Shown one piece after another: positions 50,534 to 64,000 of a stretch of 64,000 nt of DNA; position 1 is the first letter of the stretch; each line of letters starts with the position of its first letter. Origin of the DNA: Octopus sinensis. Taxonomy: Eukaryota. The position numbers and the translations under genes are program-made. The DNA lies in assembly GCF_006345805.1 (NCBI RefSeq), contig NC_042998.1, positions 171,244,001-171,308,000 on the forward strand, read 5' to 3'. A model generated the notes under the pieces. That model was given only the letters and a program-made list of their open reading frames with translations, was not told where the DNA came from and made no database searches.

Positions 50534-52382
50534 CTGATCAACCGGTTAACAGCAAACGAACTAACCATTAATTAACCGAAATGTAATTTCTTGTTTCAAG
50601 GTTTCAATCCCAGCTAAGCAACAGACCGCAGTTACTGGAGCTAGTAAAAAAAATAATAAAAAGAAATTGTTTTTAACGTTAAAACATTGTTTTCAGTACC
50701 AACAGTATTTTAATGAATAAATAATCTTGTTTTAGTTTGACTTTCCACATGAGTTTTCTCTATGCGTTTATTATTACTATTTCACTTTTCATATATTCTT
50801 TAGATTTTATATTGAGTTTATGGTTTGTGTATGAAAGTTGTGGTCTATATATGCGAGCGCCATAGAATATGAACGCTTGATTTCAGTTTGAAGCCATTTT
50901 GCTTCACTTGCACTGCTAAAGGCTTACGGAAAACATCATCAAAGATAGAGCACTCCCACCAGCATCACCTTATGCCGTGCTAAATCAATACTAAATAAAT
51001 GTTTGTGAAGAATGTGATACGCACAATGGAGATAACAATGTTTTGCTATGGAGAGTATTATGAATTTCCGAGATTTGTAACCTTTTGCGAAATCAAAGTA
51101 ATTGATATACAATAATTATCAAATATTAAGTTAATTGATGATTAATCTAGAATTTATATGCACTTAAAAAGTGATTACACACAGACAAAAGAGCGTATAA
51201 TAAGATACGGTAGGACTATAAACACATATAATACACGCATATAATTAAATGTCAATATACCTATGAAGGAATCATTGCGTTCCTAACAGCAGCAGGTGTA
51301 ACACCACCACCACCACCACCACCACCACCATTATCATGACGACGACGACAACGAAGCTATTTCATAATGCTTCTCGTTTAGTGACTTTATATACTTTCTA
51401 TGACGAATAACTTCTAAGCTTTTCCTCACAGTTTGTTGGAGGAGACAACAGGTATGTTACTAAGGAGAATGTGGCAGCTCAGGATATCTGTAAAGTGAAG
51501 ACATGGCTGGTAAGCTTAGTGTAGTTGATGTCACTCCTATCTCAAACAATTAGGATATCGTTTGGCAATCAATCATTACACATTAAAGGAAAGAGACTTT
51601 TTGCCTAGTTTTAGCTGCAACTACTTATCGTGTGCGCGTGTTTGTTTGGGTGTTTTCATCAATATACGCATCTCAGAATCAGAGATTAAGACTCGAGATA
51701 GAACTTGGAATCTTCTGTTCAGCGACGGTGTAGAATGTTTCAGGATTTGCAGCTTCTCAACTATAAAGGTTTTGCATCTTGAAGATCGGTTAGACATTAT
51801 TTAAGAGCATGATGGAACAGAAGTATCACTTCTGTTCCATAATTTAAAACTAGTTGTGTCTTGGGAAGGTTAGCCTTGTTAGTATGTGGGATAGCTCTGT
51901 CCACAATATCAAGTAATGGAAGAACGCTCAGTTCCGCGGTTCCTTTCCAAACAAATCGTTTCAGAAGTGAAGTTCTGTTTGTCGCTGGCCTAAATACAAG
52001 TATATATTAGTTATACTGGTTTTTATATGTGTTACTACGAATTATTGTAATTCTTATCCATACAATGTGCAGATGTCATAGTTGCTCCACAGGGAATACA
52101 TTGGATAATTTCTACTTAGAATAATTTCTGAAGTTACCATTGGTTGTTACGATAGGAGTATCAGGATGTATATCAAAAATTATTGTGTGAACTCTTGGAA
52201 GTATGTTGTCCAGACAAGAAAAGCTACATTACTCACATTGGAAAGTTTGTGGAAACAGAATCTAACTAGAGATAGGAAGTTTCTGTCTATGCCGGTTGTT
52301 AAATAGTGGATGGAATAAATTTATTTTCTTCGTCCTTTTCAGCTCTTATTGTGTGTATGTGTGTGTGTATTTATATGTATGT

Positions 52383-52612
52383 AGCGGCGAGTTGGCAGAA
52401 ACGTTAGCACGCCGGGCGAAATGCGTAGCCGTATTTAGTCTGCCGTTACGTTCTGAGTTCAAATTCCGCCGAGGTCGACTTTGCCTTTCATCCTTTCGGG
52501 GTCGATGAATTAAATACCAGTTACGCACTGGGATCGATGTAATCGACTTAATCCGTTTGTCTGTCCTTGTTTGTCCCCTCTGTGTTTAGCCCCTTGTGGG
52601 TAGTAAAGAAAT
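52383..52612 (+). mobile_element. SINE family 3, full length
   Basis: Head, B box, core and type-1 tail ending AAAGAAATA. Confidence 0.9.
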
Positions 52613-52875
52613 ATGTATGTATGTACAATTTTTCTTTGAGTTCATGGTGTTTGTAAATACGTGGTTGAATTGGTGTGTTGGATGAACTGTCGATGCATAC
52701 ACTCAAATATGTGCGTCTATTCACATAAGAGTTAACTCCTCTGAGTCTGCATCGGTTGTCACATTTTACTGCTTTTCCTGCATCTCTGTCCCTTTTATAC
52801 ATCAGGTATTTGGTTGATATTTCCTGTTAATGGATTGCAAACGCATACTCTTCAAAGTGGGAGGTAGTAATCAGG

Positions 52876-52934
52876 TATGTATGTATGTATGTATGTATGT
52901 ATGTATGTATGTATGTATTATGTATGTATGTATG

Positions 52935-52963
<29 letters not shown>
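52876..52963. repeat. (TATG)n microsatellite
   Basis: Directly visible. Confidence 0.97.
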
Positions 52964-52965
<2 letters not shown>

Positions 52966-53247
52966 GAAATGGGGAGTAGGATAGTTCTTTAATAAGCCAT
53001 TTCTTATTAGTCGTCGTAATATAGGGTAGCACTGTTGAAAACACCCCTGTCTGAATTTAAATTGGAAACACACACACACACTCACATATATATATTTGGA
53101 AATGGATGCGTGGTGTTCAATCAAATAATATGAATAATATATATATGCAGCATATATGTACATACATATATACTTACAACCATACATACAAACATACATA
53201 CATACATACATACATACATAAATACATACATACATACATACATTCAT

Positions 53248-53278
<31 letters not shown>

Positions 53279-53548
53279 TATGCACAGGACGTCACCAACA
53301 AGAAACAACATGAAATTCGAAAACAAATGAGTTCAATACGCAAACAACGAGAGAAACAAATGGAAAACAGGACAAGTAACACAAAAAACGACCCTTCATC
53401 AGTTGTCAGCTATCTATCTACTCCTCATTTCGAGCATTCAACGATAATATGAGTCTTCGAAGACAGTTACTCACATAAGTACCAAAATATAATTTGAGAT
53501 TTATGGAGGGTCAATGTTGGGAACAAAAACAGAACGAAAACAAACATT

Positions 53549-53585
<37 letters not shown>

Positions 53586-54599
53586 GCTTCAAGACACACG
53601 AGCTCAGAGCTATATTAACCATTGTTCTTTATTTTCTAAGACGCTATTTTCAGCAGGTCAGCCGACCATTTAAAGGCTGGCTACGTCATTGGCTCGTATA
53701 TATTTTAGCTATGGTTGATGTTCAACTCCAGCTCAACTCTCATCGACCTGATACATACTTAACAGTGTTCCAGCCATGACCATTCGTCATATTTTCAGAC
53801 AGTATATCTTGGTCTGCATTATCCAGTATGTACTTCCTTGTTTCAAACAGGTTGGTATGTTTTGAGAAAGATTTGATGATTTTTCATGCAAATCGAACGA
53901 CTTCTTAGATGTCTTATTTAATATCTGTGTTGTTTAGTAATTAGCGGAGACAGAGCTAAAGTGTTGGTAGTTCATTTCTCGTTACCGAATATGTCTTGTG
54001 TGTCCATGGATAATCCACTGAAGTCTTCCAGACTCAATTTTATCTTCCTGTAAGCAATCACCAGCAGGTAAGTAAACAGTATTGATACTGTATTAATAAA
54101 AAAATAAGTTTCGTTAAGCGAATTAGCCGAGTCGTTAAAGGATCGGGTAGAATGTCTTACTGTTATTGTTCCAGATCTCTGTACCCTGACTTCAAATATC
54201 ACCGATATCGACTTTGATCGGGGTCGACAAATCTAGTTACCAATCTAGTGTGGTGGTTTGGGGAATTATTAAAGAGTCAAATGAGATATTTTGTGGTATT
54301 TGTTTTCAGCTCTTTGTGTTCTGAGTTCAGATTCCGCCACCTCAATTGGAACATCTCGGTTGCATCAATTAAAAAAGTAAATCAGCATACCTTATACTAA
54401 GTTGGACAGATGCTAGGGCATAAAATAATAATGTCGATAGCTTGCACTGACGAGTTCAAATATTTCTAAAGGCCTAGCCATAATACAAAGGCTCACACCA
54501 CGATTCTGATTCAATTAAAGTTACTGCCAACCCGAATAATTGCCATCGCATTGAGAGCTTCTCTGGGGTTTTCACAGCCCCAATACAACAGAATACCAG

Positions 54600-55050
54600 A
54601 ATACCAGACTACAACAGATTCCCTAGAGTCTCTTCTCGGTTCATGTACGTCTTTTTAGTATTGATCTACAGCATTTTAAACAACATCAAAAGCATTAAGT
54701 TCACCGATATCGGAGATCCTGTACAGTTCATAGGCACGGTTCCTTTTTCCAGATCCAGTAAGAAATATATCACAAAAACTGGCCTTCCTCTCAGGATCAG
54801 AAGGCAGTTCAGCTGCCAACAATTACCAACCCATTACATAACTTGAGATGCACATTGAATATTATTCCAACATTTGGGGTGGTACTGCAAATGCAGATAT
54901 CCTAGATCACTTCCGTCATCCATCCAACTGATTGGCACGAAGTCGCCAACCACCAAATACGAACTCCTGAAGAACATACCTGTTGTCTCTTCAGTTACCT
55001 TTTCTACCGCTTCTACAGTAGTCTTCGTCCCTCAGAGCCGACTGGTTTCA
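54600..55050 (+). mobile_element. Degraded CR1/Jockey-group LINE fragment
   Basis: Degenerate Y.SNIWGG, IQLIG and YLFYRFY segments similar in order to the 34.4-35.2 kb relic. Confidence 0.4.
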
Positions 55051-55962
55051 TTCAACTAAAGAACTTTAAACCCAATGATACTACAATTCAGGGATGCTTT
55101 ATATGAGTACTGCTGCAAATTAGAAACATACACGAAGCTTAATATAAATAGGCGTACTAATAATAAGTGATGTGATAATGAGCCATAAAAATTAACCAGG
55201 AGTCTGTATATTAGATGTACTATACTTAAGTAGTAATGAACATTTAGCATGGGTAAATAGAGTTTTCCCTAAAAAAACAAACAAAAACTACCGATATTTT
55301 TATCAATAATTTACCATTGCTAAGAGATCATCCTGTAAAAGAATTACTACCTCATCGATATATTCTTATCCTATCAGAGACTTTTCTCCTTTCTGCTTGT
55401 AATTTTAAATCAAGCTGTTCTGGCGTGACTTCCATTTGTTAAAATTTGATCGTGAATGGTAGAGTAATTTGAATTGTTGTTTGTGAACAGGTTTCACATT
55501 TCCTTTTTTTTTTAAAAAAAACATCTTTTAGGAAGTTAATGCTGTTTCTAGTAAGTAAAATGTTACCCTTTCGTTTGAAGTTTCGTAACTGTGAAACAGA
55601 CTACGAGCTCATAATGTTTCATTACGCATTTGAGTTATACACGTTATTCAAAGTCCCCTTAGATATCAGAATAGATAGACGGGTTCTACTCAACTATATG
55701 GTTTATATCTTATTAGCTTAGCTCAATGAGAACAACCTAAAAACAAAATATGTTCTATATTCCCAGTTAAAAGTAACACGTAGAGCTGACAGAGCTTTGT
55801 AATATGAAAATAAACTTTTTTGAAATCCCAATACCTACTTTATAAAGTTAAGTTATATAGATACACCTCTGTAACTGCTCTATGTTGTTGTGATGTGATA
55901 CCACATTATACTGCAACATATATTTATCAATTACTTTTCTTATTAGAGGATGAAAATTTTAC

Positions 55963-56374
55963 GGATCTTTTCGGTTTGAACGGCAGTTTTTTCTAGCGGT
56001 GTCATATGAAATTGTCACCTATAATTATGACCCTAGAATCGATCTATTGCATTTCAATCTCTTTTAGGGTTAGGGTTAGGGGAAGGGTATCTTTTTTTCT
56101 TCACAAATGTAAATAAACCCAATCTGTTTCTTAAACGAGGGACACATTCATACGGCACAGAATGCTTTTTAACTTAATAGACGTCACTGATTGGTTGAAA
56201 TTGCAGAAATTGAAGAAAAAAAAAGCAACAAATATTTTACAAACTATAGAATTTTCTCAATAAAACCAAGAGAAAAAGATGTTTTATAAACACATTCTAC
56301 CAGTATACGAAGTTTAACATTTTTTAGTTAGCTAGAAATTATGTTAAAAACTGCCGTTCAAACAGAAAAGATCC
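55963..56374. mobile_element. MITE (412 bp), 29-bp TIR, internal (TTAGGG)3
   Basis: GGATCTTTTCGGTTTGAACGGCAGTTTTT ... AAAAACTGCCGTTCAAACAGAAAAGATCC, 1 mismatch; TSD unresolved. Confidence 0.85.
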
Positions 56375-57384
56375 AATTATACTATACGCTGAGTATTTTA
56401 GATTTGAAAATGTAACCTATTACAATATTGCTCTTGATATAAAGGGAACGATATCTCAGCTTTTAATGACTATCTTTTTAAATAATTACCATAACAATTT
56501 CGGTTATACTGTAGATTCGTCTACAGTCATATTTCTCTTTTTACTTAGTGGATATTCGTTCGGTTGTTGCTAACCGGTATGCTGTGTAACTACAGAATTG
56601 ACTCTGTGCTGAACATCCTTGCACCGACGACAACAAAATGTTTGTAAGAATGCAGACTTATATTTCTCTGACATTATATTATACAGGATTGGGTTGATAG
56701 CCGAATGGGAAAAATACAGGATCCCTGTAGTGGAAGAAAAAAAGAGATTTTTGAATTAATTACTAATTAACAAATAAATAGTATAAAGAAAAGGAAATAA
56801 ATATTTTGAGACAAAGAAATAAAAAGCTTGAAAAATCTGGCTCTTGATATATATACACAAAGGAATTCTTAGTTACTGTTACATTTCTTGGAGAAAATAT
56901 TAATTCTTAAAATTGTAAAGATCTAAACTCAACATCAATCGATTCTAATAAAATTTTTTGTACTTATTTTACCAACATCGGAAGGACAAAATTAAAAGTC
57001 AACCAGGCAAGATTTGCATTCATAAGGGGAAACGTAATTAATTAGTGAACCTACTTATGCTGCTCAAGGTTATTCGTCAACCACAAATCTTAGTTAGAAA
57101 TATTGATTTATTACATTAAGGGAATAGTATAGTCAATTTAAACGACTGCTATTTGCCATTTTATAGTTATGGACTAGGACGAATGAAAGACAAAAAGGTA
57201 ATCTCAGTGGGATTTGAACTCGGAACTTAAAGAAGTATAGCCAAACATTGCAAAAAATTTTAAATGCTGATCCAATGGTTGTAATATTCACTGTCCTCTA
57301 TGGATTCATGACATAAACACAAATTACAAATTTGAGGCAGAGGAAGGCTTGATTGCACTGATCCTGATATTAACTGCCACCAAG

Positions 57385-57585
57385 GAGGTGAGCTGGCAGA
57401 ATAGTTAGTACGCCGGGCAAAATGTTTGGCGGCATTTCGCCTGTCTTTATGTTCCGGGTTCAATGCCACTTTACCTTTTATCCTTTCGGGATCGATAAAA
57501 TAAATTGCGTACTGGGGTCGATGTAATCGACTTAGCACTCCCCCGAAATTGCTGGCCTTGTGCCAAAATTTGAAACCAATATTAA
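57385..57585 (+). mobile_element. SINE family 3, diverged, type-2 tail
   Basis: GGTGAGCTGGCAGAA head; GGCCTTGTGCCAAAATTTGAAACC tail. Confidence 0.8.
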
Positions 57586-57724
57586 CTGCCACCTATTTTA
57601 TTTATCTAAAGAAAAAAATATAGGTTAACGTTGATAAGATTTGAACTCAGAACGTTGACAGACGGAACAAAATAAGGCAAAGCACATTTTTTTCCAGCGA
57701 TGGAGCGTGTTTGCAAGATTTTTC

Positions 57725-58143
57725 TAAATGCAAGTATTCTTTTCTACTCTAGGGCACAAGGCCTGAAAGTTTTGGGAGAGGGGTTCAGTCGATCTAATCG
57801 ACTGCAATACGAAAGGAGGAAAAGCAAAATCGACCTCGGCGGAATTCGAACTCAGAACGTAAAGATAGACGAAATACCGCTATGCATTTCGCCTGGTGTG
57901 CTAACGTTTCTTATTTCTTTACTACCTACAAGGGGCTAAACACAGAAGGGACAAACAAGGACAGACAAACGGATTAAGTCGATTACATCGACCCCGGTGC
58001 GTAACTGATACTTAATTTATCGATCCCGAAAGGATGAAAGGCAAAGTCGACCTCGGTGGAATTTGAACTCAGAACGTAACGGCAGACGAAATACCTCTAA
58101 GCACTTTGCCCGGCGTGCTAACGTTTCTGCCAGCTCGCCGCCT
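57725..58143 (-). mobile_element. Head-to-tail dimer of SINE family 3
   Basis: Full copy 57911-58143 (type-1 tail) followed by a head-clipped copy 57725-57910 (type-2 tail). Confidence 0.85.
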
Positions 58144-58499
58144 TTCTAGATGCAAATATTGAAGACTAACCTCAAGACTAAAAGTATTATTTTTGACACT
58201 AATATTCAAAAATAACTGCGAGCAAATCCTGAAACGTTTTAGACGAAAGCATTTTTCATCTCGGAAGATATCTAATATTATTGACATTGTTGGAAAATAA
58301 TGCTTTAATTTGCCATCCAGGTCATAAGCTGTAGTTTACTCATTCTTATCCTTCACTAAACGTTTATTTTACGTTACAACCATGCTATATTCGACGATAA
58401 AGTACGAGATACGATATGCTGAGAAACGCTTACTTCCTATCCCCACTCTGTATCCATAGTTGATTGAACACAACACCTCCTGCTGATAAGTAAATTTTT

Positions 58500-60300
58500 T
58501 ACTCTTTCCTGAGATATAAAAAAACCCCATATTCTAGTTCTAAACCAACTCTACTGTTCAGGTTACATTCTATTCTATAGTTCATCTTTTTTCTAAAACG
58601 TGTTGTCTGTACTTACGTAAAACTCACTTTCTCTATCACCCATCTAGACACAGCAATAAAGATATCCTGTTACTTAGGCTCTATTTTCTTTTCGTCACAC
58701 TAGTTAACTTTGTTTTCTCTTCCATTTTTCAGATTCTCAAATCATCATTAGGTACCCGATTATCACATGTTCGGTAATGAATACATCTAACCCAACTCAC
58801 TTCTTTCCGAAAGTATATCATGCTTGGAGACATCAATGCGTTCGTGTCCCTTCCTCAACAAGATTGCAGGAGAAGAGGCCGAACGTTCGTAATTTTAAAC
58901 TACTTGTGCTTGTGAAGCTATTCACTAACTCGTATCCTTGTCTGATATACTTAGTTTGTAAATACTCTTAATCTCTTCCTCACTCTTTAACTCCAACATT
59001 TACCCTGTTCCTAAAGGATTACCTGATCATTGTCTTAGCAAAATAATCCAGGTTGTATAAGTCAATCGTATAACAAACTCAGTCTCCGAACATTTATCAA
59101 CTCAGCTCCACCAGTTCTGCTAGGACTATTTTTGGCAGTAAATCTTCCTCCCGAGTCATTTGAGATAGATAAACAAAGGACTGATACCATCTATGTTTTC
59201 ACGTCCCTCTTCAATCTTCCCACAGCCTAAATCAACAAGTGAAATCCTCTATATACTATGTAGTGGTACAGACGAAGAGTACTGCCAAGTAAACTTAGAG
59301 AAAATAAAACAGTCAATAACTCGGAAGCGTTTACTTATATTTTCAATGTTTGGGAGGCCGCCACCAGGAAAGCAAAGGGTGTCTTCTTGGATTGCACGAA
59401 CTATAAACCCTTCGAAACATAACAGCATTGGTAAATCCTCTTCAGCCACCCTCTTGTGAGTAGCACTCATTGCAGACAAGACAATGATATTCGTTGCAGC
59501 TTTTGTTTTCAATTGTACACTGCATATACAAAACAAAACTGCTTATGAACCTTCCTCTTTAAATTTATCTTTCTTCTCATTACATACAAGCAGGCTCCCT
59601 AATGCACAAAACTTTCAGTTTACTATGATCACACAAGGTGACTAGTCCTTAGAATTATACATTGAGCTCCTCAATCTTTGCCAAATTTCAACCTTCCTCT
59701 CTTTACTAGGATCAAATCGTATTGCTTAAAAACATCATACAATTTCTCAACTACCGCTCATTGCCTCTCATTCCAGTATCTCAAAGAGCGATAGAAACAT
59801 ATATAAATCATCACCTTTATCTCTTCCAGTCTTTCTCTCACTTATATGTGAAAATAGTGTGGCCTTCATTGAACCAAATCTATCAAAGACTTGCTCTTCT
59901 AATTCATAAATTAGCAATCTTTCGCAATTCAAAAGGTCGATGAAAATAATGCTATTGCCATTAGCATCAATGAATATTCAATGAGGTTGACATCAATGAG
60001 ATAATATGAGTATTCCACACTCATTATCTTCTAACACCCGTCATTCCCCCCGTCAATCTTAAAAAAAACACGCATCATCTACATGCAATCTAAACATCTC
60101 TTCGCACGAACTGAAACTCGCATGAACAGTAACTTTATGTCGTTTTCCAATGAGAACATAACATCATTCAACAGCATCGATTACACAAACATATAAGGAA
60201 ACAGTCTTGTACAACACACACCTAATCTACACGTGAACAATACTTAAATAAAGCGTCCAAATTATTAGTTCCCAGGTTTCGAAATGTCAGACATCATGTG
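58500..60300 (+). mobile_element. Possible very old CR1/L2-type LINE relic
   Basis: C-rich/A-rich strand bias and only faint RT-like segments; no clean motif recovered. Confidence 0.3.
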
Positions 60301-63034
60301 AAACCGTTTGCTCTCACATCATGACATACATAGATAACATAGCCAAAGCTACATACCAATGGTTAGGTCTTCTACAAAACCAGAAAATATGAAAAGCCTG
60401 ATCAACTACTAACTCTCTATTAAACTTAAGCACGGTTTCTAAAAACTTAAATATCAGTACAATAAAACAAAACAAAAAGTATATAAATGAAGTCAATGGT
60501 CAATTAATTTTAAACTAACTACTTGATAATGTTCTTTACCATCTCTGACTTCTCAAAATTTCTGCTTTTATATAAAAGGAAACAGATAAACAAATTTCTC
60601 AATTTATTTCGCTTTATGATAAAGATAATTGATATGCTGTCTGAAAAGAGAGCTACTTACCCGATATATAAAATAAATGTAAATGTATTTGTAATAAAGG
60701 TGGCGTCCAGTTACTGACATAAAGTGTGAGAAGACGCTGGATGTGAAATGGAGCCCAACAAAAGAAAAAGGCAACTACGACTGCAACTGAAATAAACATA
60801 AAACTCTTTTAATATTTTCCTTCGTATTGTATATTTCAAAAGAGAAAAACATTGTAGATGCTTTGTTCGGTTGCAATAGTAAATGCATTTTTAATAGTTT
60901 GTTTAATACGAATCACAAACAAAATATCATAATAGCTTTGCTGTCGAATGTGTCAATCATATTAGAAGTAAAAGAAAAGTTGGCAAGCATATTGCATCAT
61001 CTAATGAATGATCAAAATATAAACAGTGAGCTGCGAACATTGTAAAGCAAAGATGGGCGCACTGTTTTTGGAGCCTTCAGTTTACATTATAAAGAAACGA
61101 GATAAAATGATAGAAATTTAATGATATTTGAGAGTTATCTCGACATAACAATGCTTGCCGAGCTGAGTGACATTATTGTCTATTTTTATCAGGTCAAGTT
61201 ATATTTTGTCGTCATTGTTTATACCCAAGTGAAGCATGACCTAGCATACCGGTTATTAAAAGTATTTCTACTGTGGCCATCTTAATTTTATAAACGTATC
61301 TAAGACTCCTTTTGTCTAATCTGTCCTTCTCTTTTTTCCAATAAATATTTTAGAGATTTACTGGTATCAGTTCCACCGACCCCTGTAAAATTATTTCTCT
61401 CTATCTATAAAACCATATATGGCACATAATTTTGTCTTCTTATCTTTTTGATCTAAAATGAAGAATTTTACATGGATAATATACTATAATAATTTAATAA
61501 TTACTGTTCCTTTACTCCATGCTGAATCTACAAGCAAGGCCGAATTTAAACCTTGTGGAGCCCAAGGCTCTTCAAGTTCGGTGGGCCTCTCATACATAAA
61601 AATTAAAATCGATGACAAATCACCAAATTTCACGTAATTAACATAAATAGTTTAAATGGCGTGAATGGCGGTGCTCCAGTATGGCTACAGCTCGTGAGCT
61701 GAAACTAGATAAAATGAAAAATGAAAAAAAAAATGCGTCCGTTATTGCAAAATTAAGTATAGCATGTTTTGTCCCTTTACTTCTATATACATTTGATATT
61801 TTCATTTACAACGGTTATATACTGCTTTGAAGGGAAAATTATATTAATTTATGATAGCATTTTTTCCATTTTGTTTTTTTTTTCCTTAAAGTTATTATTA
61901 GTAAGTTATTCAATATTATACTGTTTATATGTTTGATGTTTAATATTTCCCACTGGAAATGCCTGCTTTTGAATCTTGTACGTCTTCAACATGGGACCAT
62001 AGATATTAGATTAAATAATTATAAAATCCATGGACATGCTCGTTTCTGTATTTTGTACATCTTCAGTATGGAGTGATGGAAAAGTAATTATTGAATTAAT
62101 TAATTATAGTTTATTACCCAAATAAATGTCTTTATTTTAAATAATAAAGATAAGAAAGAGAAAAAAATTAAGAAGAGTCACACATAGTTTTAGCGATAGG
62201 AGAAAATTTTTTTAATATTTTAAATCAATTTTCTTTCTTTGCCAAGCCAAAAGCAATTTTAATTCAAATATACAAGGGAAATTTCCATTGATATAGTTTT
62301 GATTTAGAATCAGTAATACTTTGTGTGTATTCGGTCTAAACGGGCTAATGAGCTACGTACAGCTGGTATTCCCCTGTAATTTCTAGACCTAATTTGCGGT
62401 GGCTATATTACAACACAATTCGTCATGTGAATGACGACCTCTCACTACAGTAGTTGGCCCATTTATATTTCTCTATGCAAGCGTTTGTGTGCGTGTGTGT
62501 GTGTGTGTATTTTGGCGATGTATATTGGCGAAGGATGTGAACATAGAGAGAAAGTAAAACAGAATTCAGTACTCTTTAAACAAAGACCTTTGCGATATTT
62601 ATTCCGCACCAAGTTACGAACACTCACTTGTCATCTCCAATGAAATTGCACAACACATGGTGATATAACACAAATAGAACCATAAATAGTAATTATAAAA
62701 GAAAAAAAATGATCAACTATAGATGACTGAAGAGGTTGAAATATCTACAATGATTTCATCGATTAATAATGAAATAGCTTAAGAGCTAAAACACTATATA
62801 AAAATTAACTAATCATTTAAAAAATACTGCTCATTTTAAAGGAAAACAGATCACTCAAATATTGATGTCGCTTGGATTAACACTACCATCGGGTATTTAA
62901 ATATCTTTAGCTCTATCAACTCTACTAAGCATCCGAGCCGGGTCTCCGATTGGAAAAGAATTTCCCCCCCTCCTACCAACCACTGCGTCTTTGAAAATGG
63001 TCATGATTCCTGACAGATACAAAGAAGATTTTAT

Positions 63035-63044
63035 GAGAGAGAGG

Positions 63045-63096
<52 letters not shown>

Positions 63097-63110
63097 GAGA
63101 GAGAGAGAGA
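63035..63110. repeat. (GA)n microsatellite
   Basis: Directly visible. Confidence 0.97.
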
Positions 63111-64000
63111 GTACTATCGAAGCATTTACTGTATTGCTAGTTTTGCATTATTGAACTAGGATGAATGACAAGTAAAGTGGATTCGGGCGCGATATTGAAA
63201 ATCGTTTGAATGCTGACAAAATGCTTACGGCGTTTACTTACGGCACTTATGCCATGTTTAGCATTACTTTAGCTAAACAGCAGCTCAAATCCCGCCATGG
63301 TCAACTGTGCATTTGATATTTCTGGGGGCTATGAAATAACGAACTAGTCAAGAATTGGAACCGTTTTAATATTCCTATAAAGCCTCCTAGATGTGAATGG
63401 AATCATAAAAGAATTTTGTACCATTTACTAAGCAAGAACTGCCAAGCTAAATACGACAGAACAACTTTGAATCTATAGATTGAGTCCACCAAATGATGAA
63501 ATGCATTATTGAACCAGATAATAGTTGAACTTCGAACCGAAAGAGATAATTCTGAATACTGAAAATTAGATAAGCTACTTTTAACATAGTTAATGTAGGG
63601 AACATTAAAAAAAACAGGGGAAATATCCATGCAGTGGGGAGAATACAACAATTGCTCAATGGCTAATAATATTTTTATAATTTTAGTGAATACGGAAGAT
63701 AAGTCCATTTCGATAATATTAGATCTCAATTGTGAAGAGTAAACTTCACTGACTCATGGCGAGTAGTGATGAAGAAAAACACTACGCATTACTGAGAAGG
63801 CATTAGAAGACTGAAATATATCCGGTCTTTCGAATTTATTATAAAGATTACTGTATTAATAGTAATTGAACTACTATTGTCTTATCCTTACTGCATAAGT
63901 ATTTCTCTTTGTATATATTTTTTATTGCTCATTAATTAGATTAACTATTTGCATATCCAGCTTTCCCTCTTTCTCTCTTTCAGTTTGAAGTTCAAGTATT

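Noticed and set aside
56064-56081. (TTAGGG)3 as an interstitial telomere or fusion scar
   Set aside because: Only three units, and they lie inside a TIR-bounded MITE.
61543-61620. hAT-like terminus (AAGGCCGAATTTAAAC...GGAGCCC)
   Set aside because: No partner TIR or 8-bp TSD was found.
63403-63729. 108-aa minus-strand ORF
   Set aside because: No recognisable motif; its length is within chance expectation for this composition.

Overview
AT-rich, repeat-saturated eukaryotic non-coding DNA. The SINE, RTE and microsatellite landscape suggests an octopus or other coleoid cephalopod (inference from recalled repeat families, not a database hit). No host protein-coding gene, rRNA, true tRNA gene or CRISPR array can be supported; most ORF-track entries are translations of (TA)n, (TATG)n, (CA)n or (TAA)n microsatellites. 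Main contents: (1) 4789-13958, five consecutive minus-strand non-autonomous Helitron units sharing the same 5' head and the same hairpin-CTAG 3' tail but carrying different cargo (PIF1 helicase relic plus ~165-bp satellite, a piggyBac-like end, a mariner fragment, a ~116-bp satellite). (2) 19621-28215 and 35932-36885, a pile-up of (TAA)n-associated R4/Dong RLE retrotransposons, including one full-length young copy. (3) A three-level nest at 24.6-27.0 kb: old R4-like LINE > Ginger1-like DNA transposon with CCGG-type TSD > internally deleted Merlin element. (4) Penelope-like material: an RT fragment, a solo pseudo-LTR with a well-formed type I hammerhead ribozyme, and fold-back elements. (5) Tc1/mariner, maT, pogo/Tigger and piggyBac elements and MITEs, CR1/L2-group and RTE LINE fragments, and several tRNA-derived SINE families. 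All alignments and translations were done by eye. TIR/TSD-defined ends should be close to exact; fuzzy ends may be off by tens of bases.
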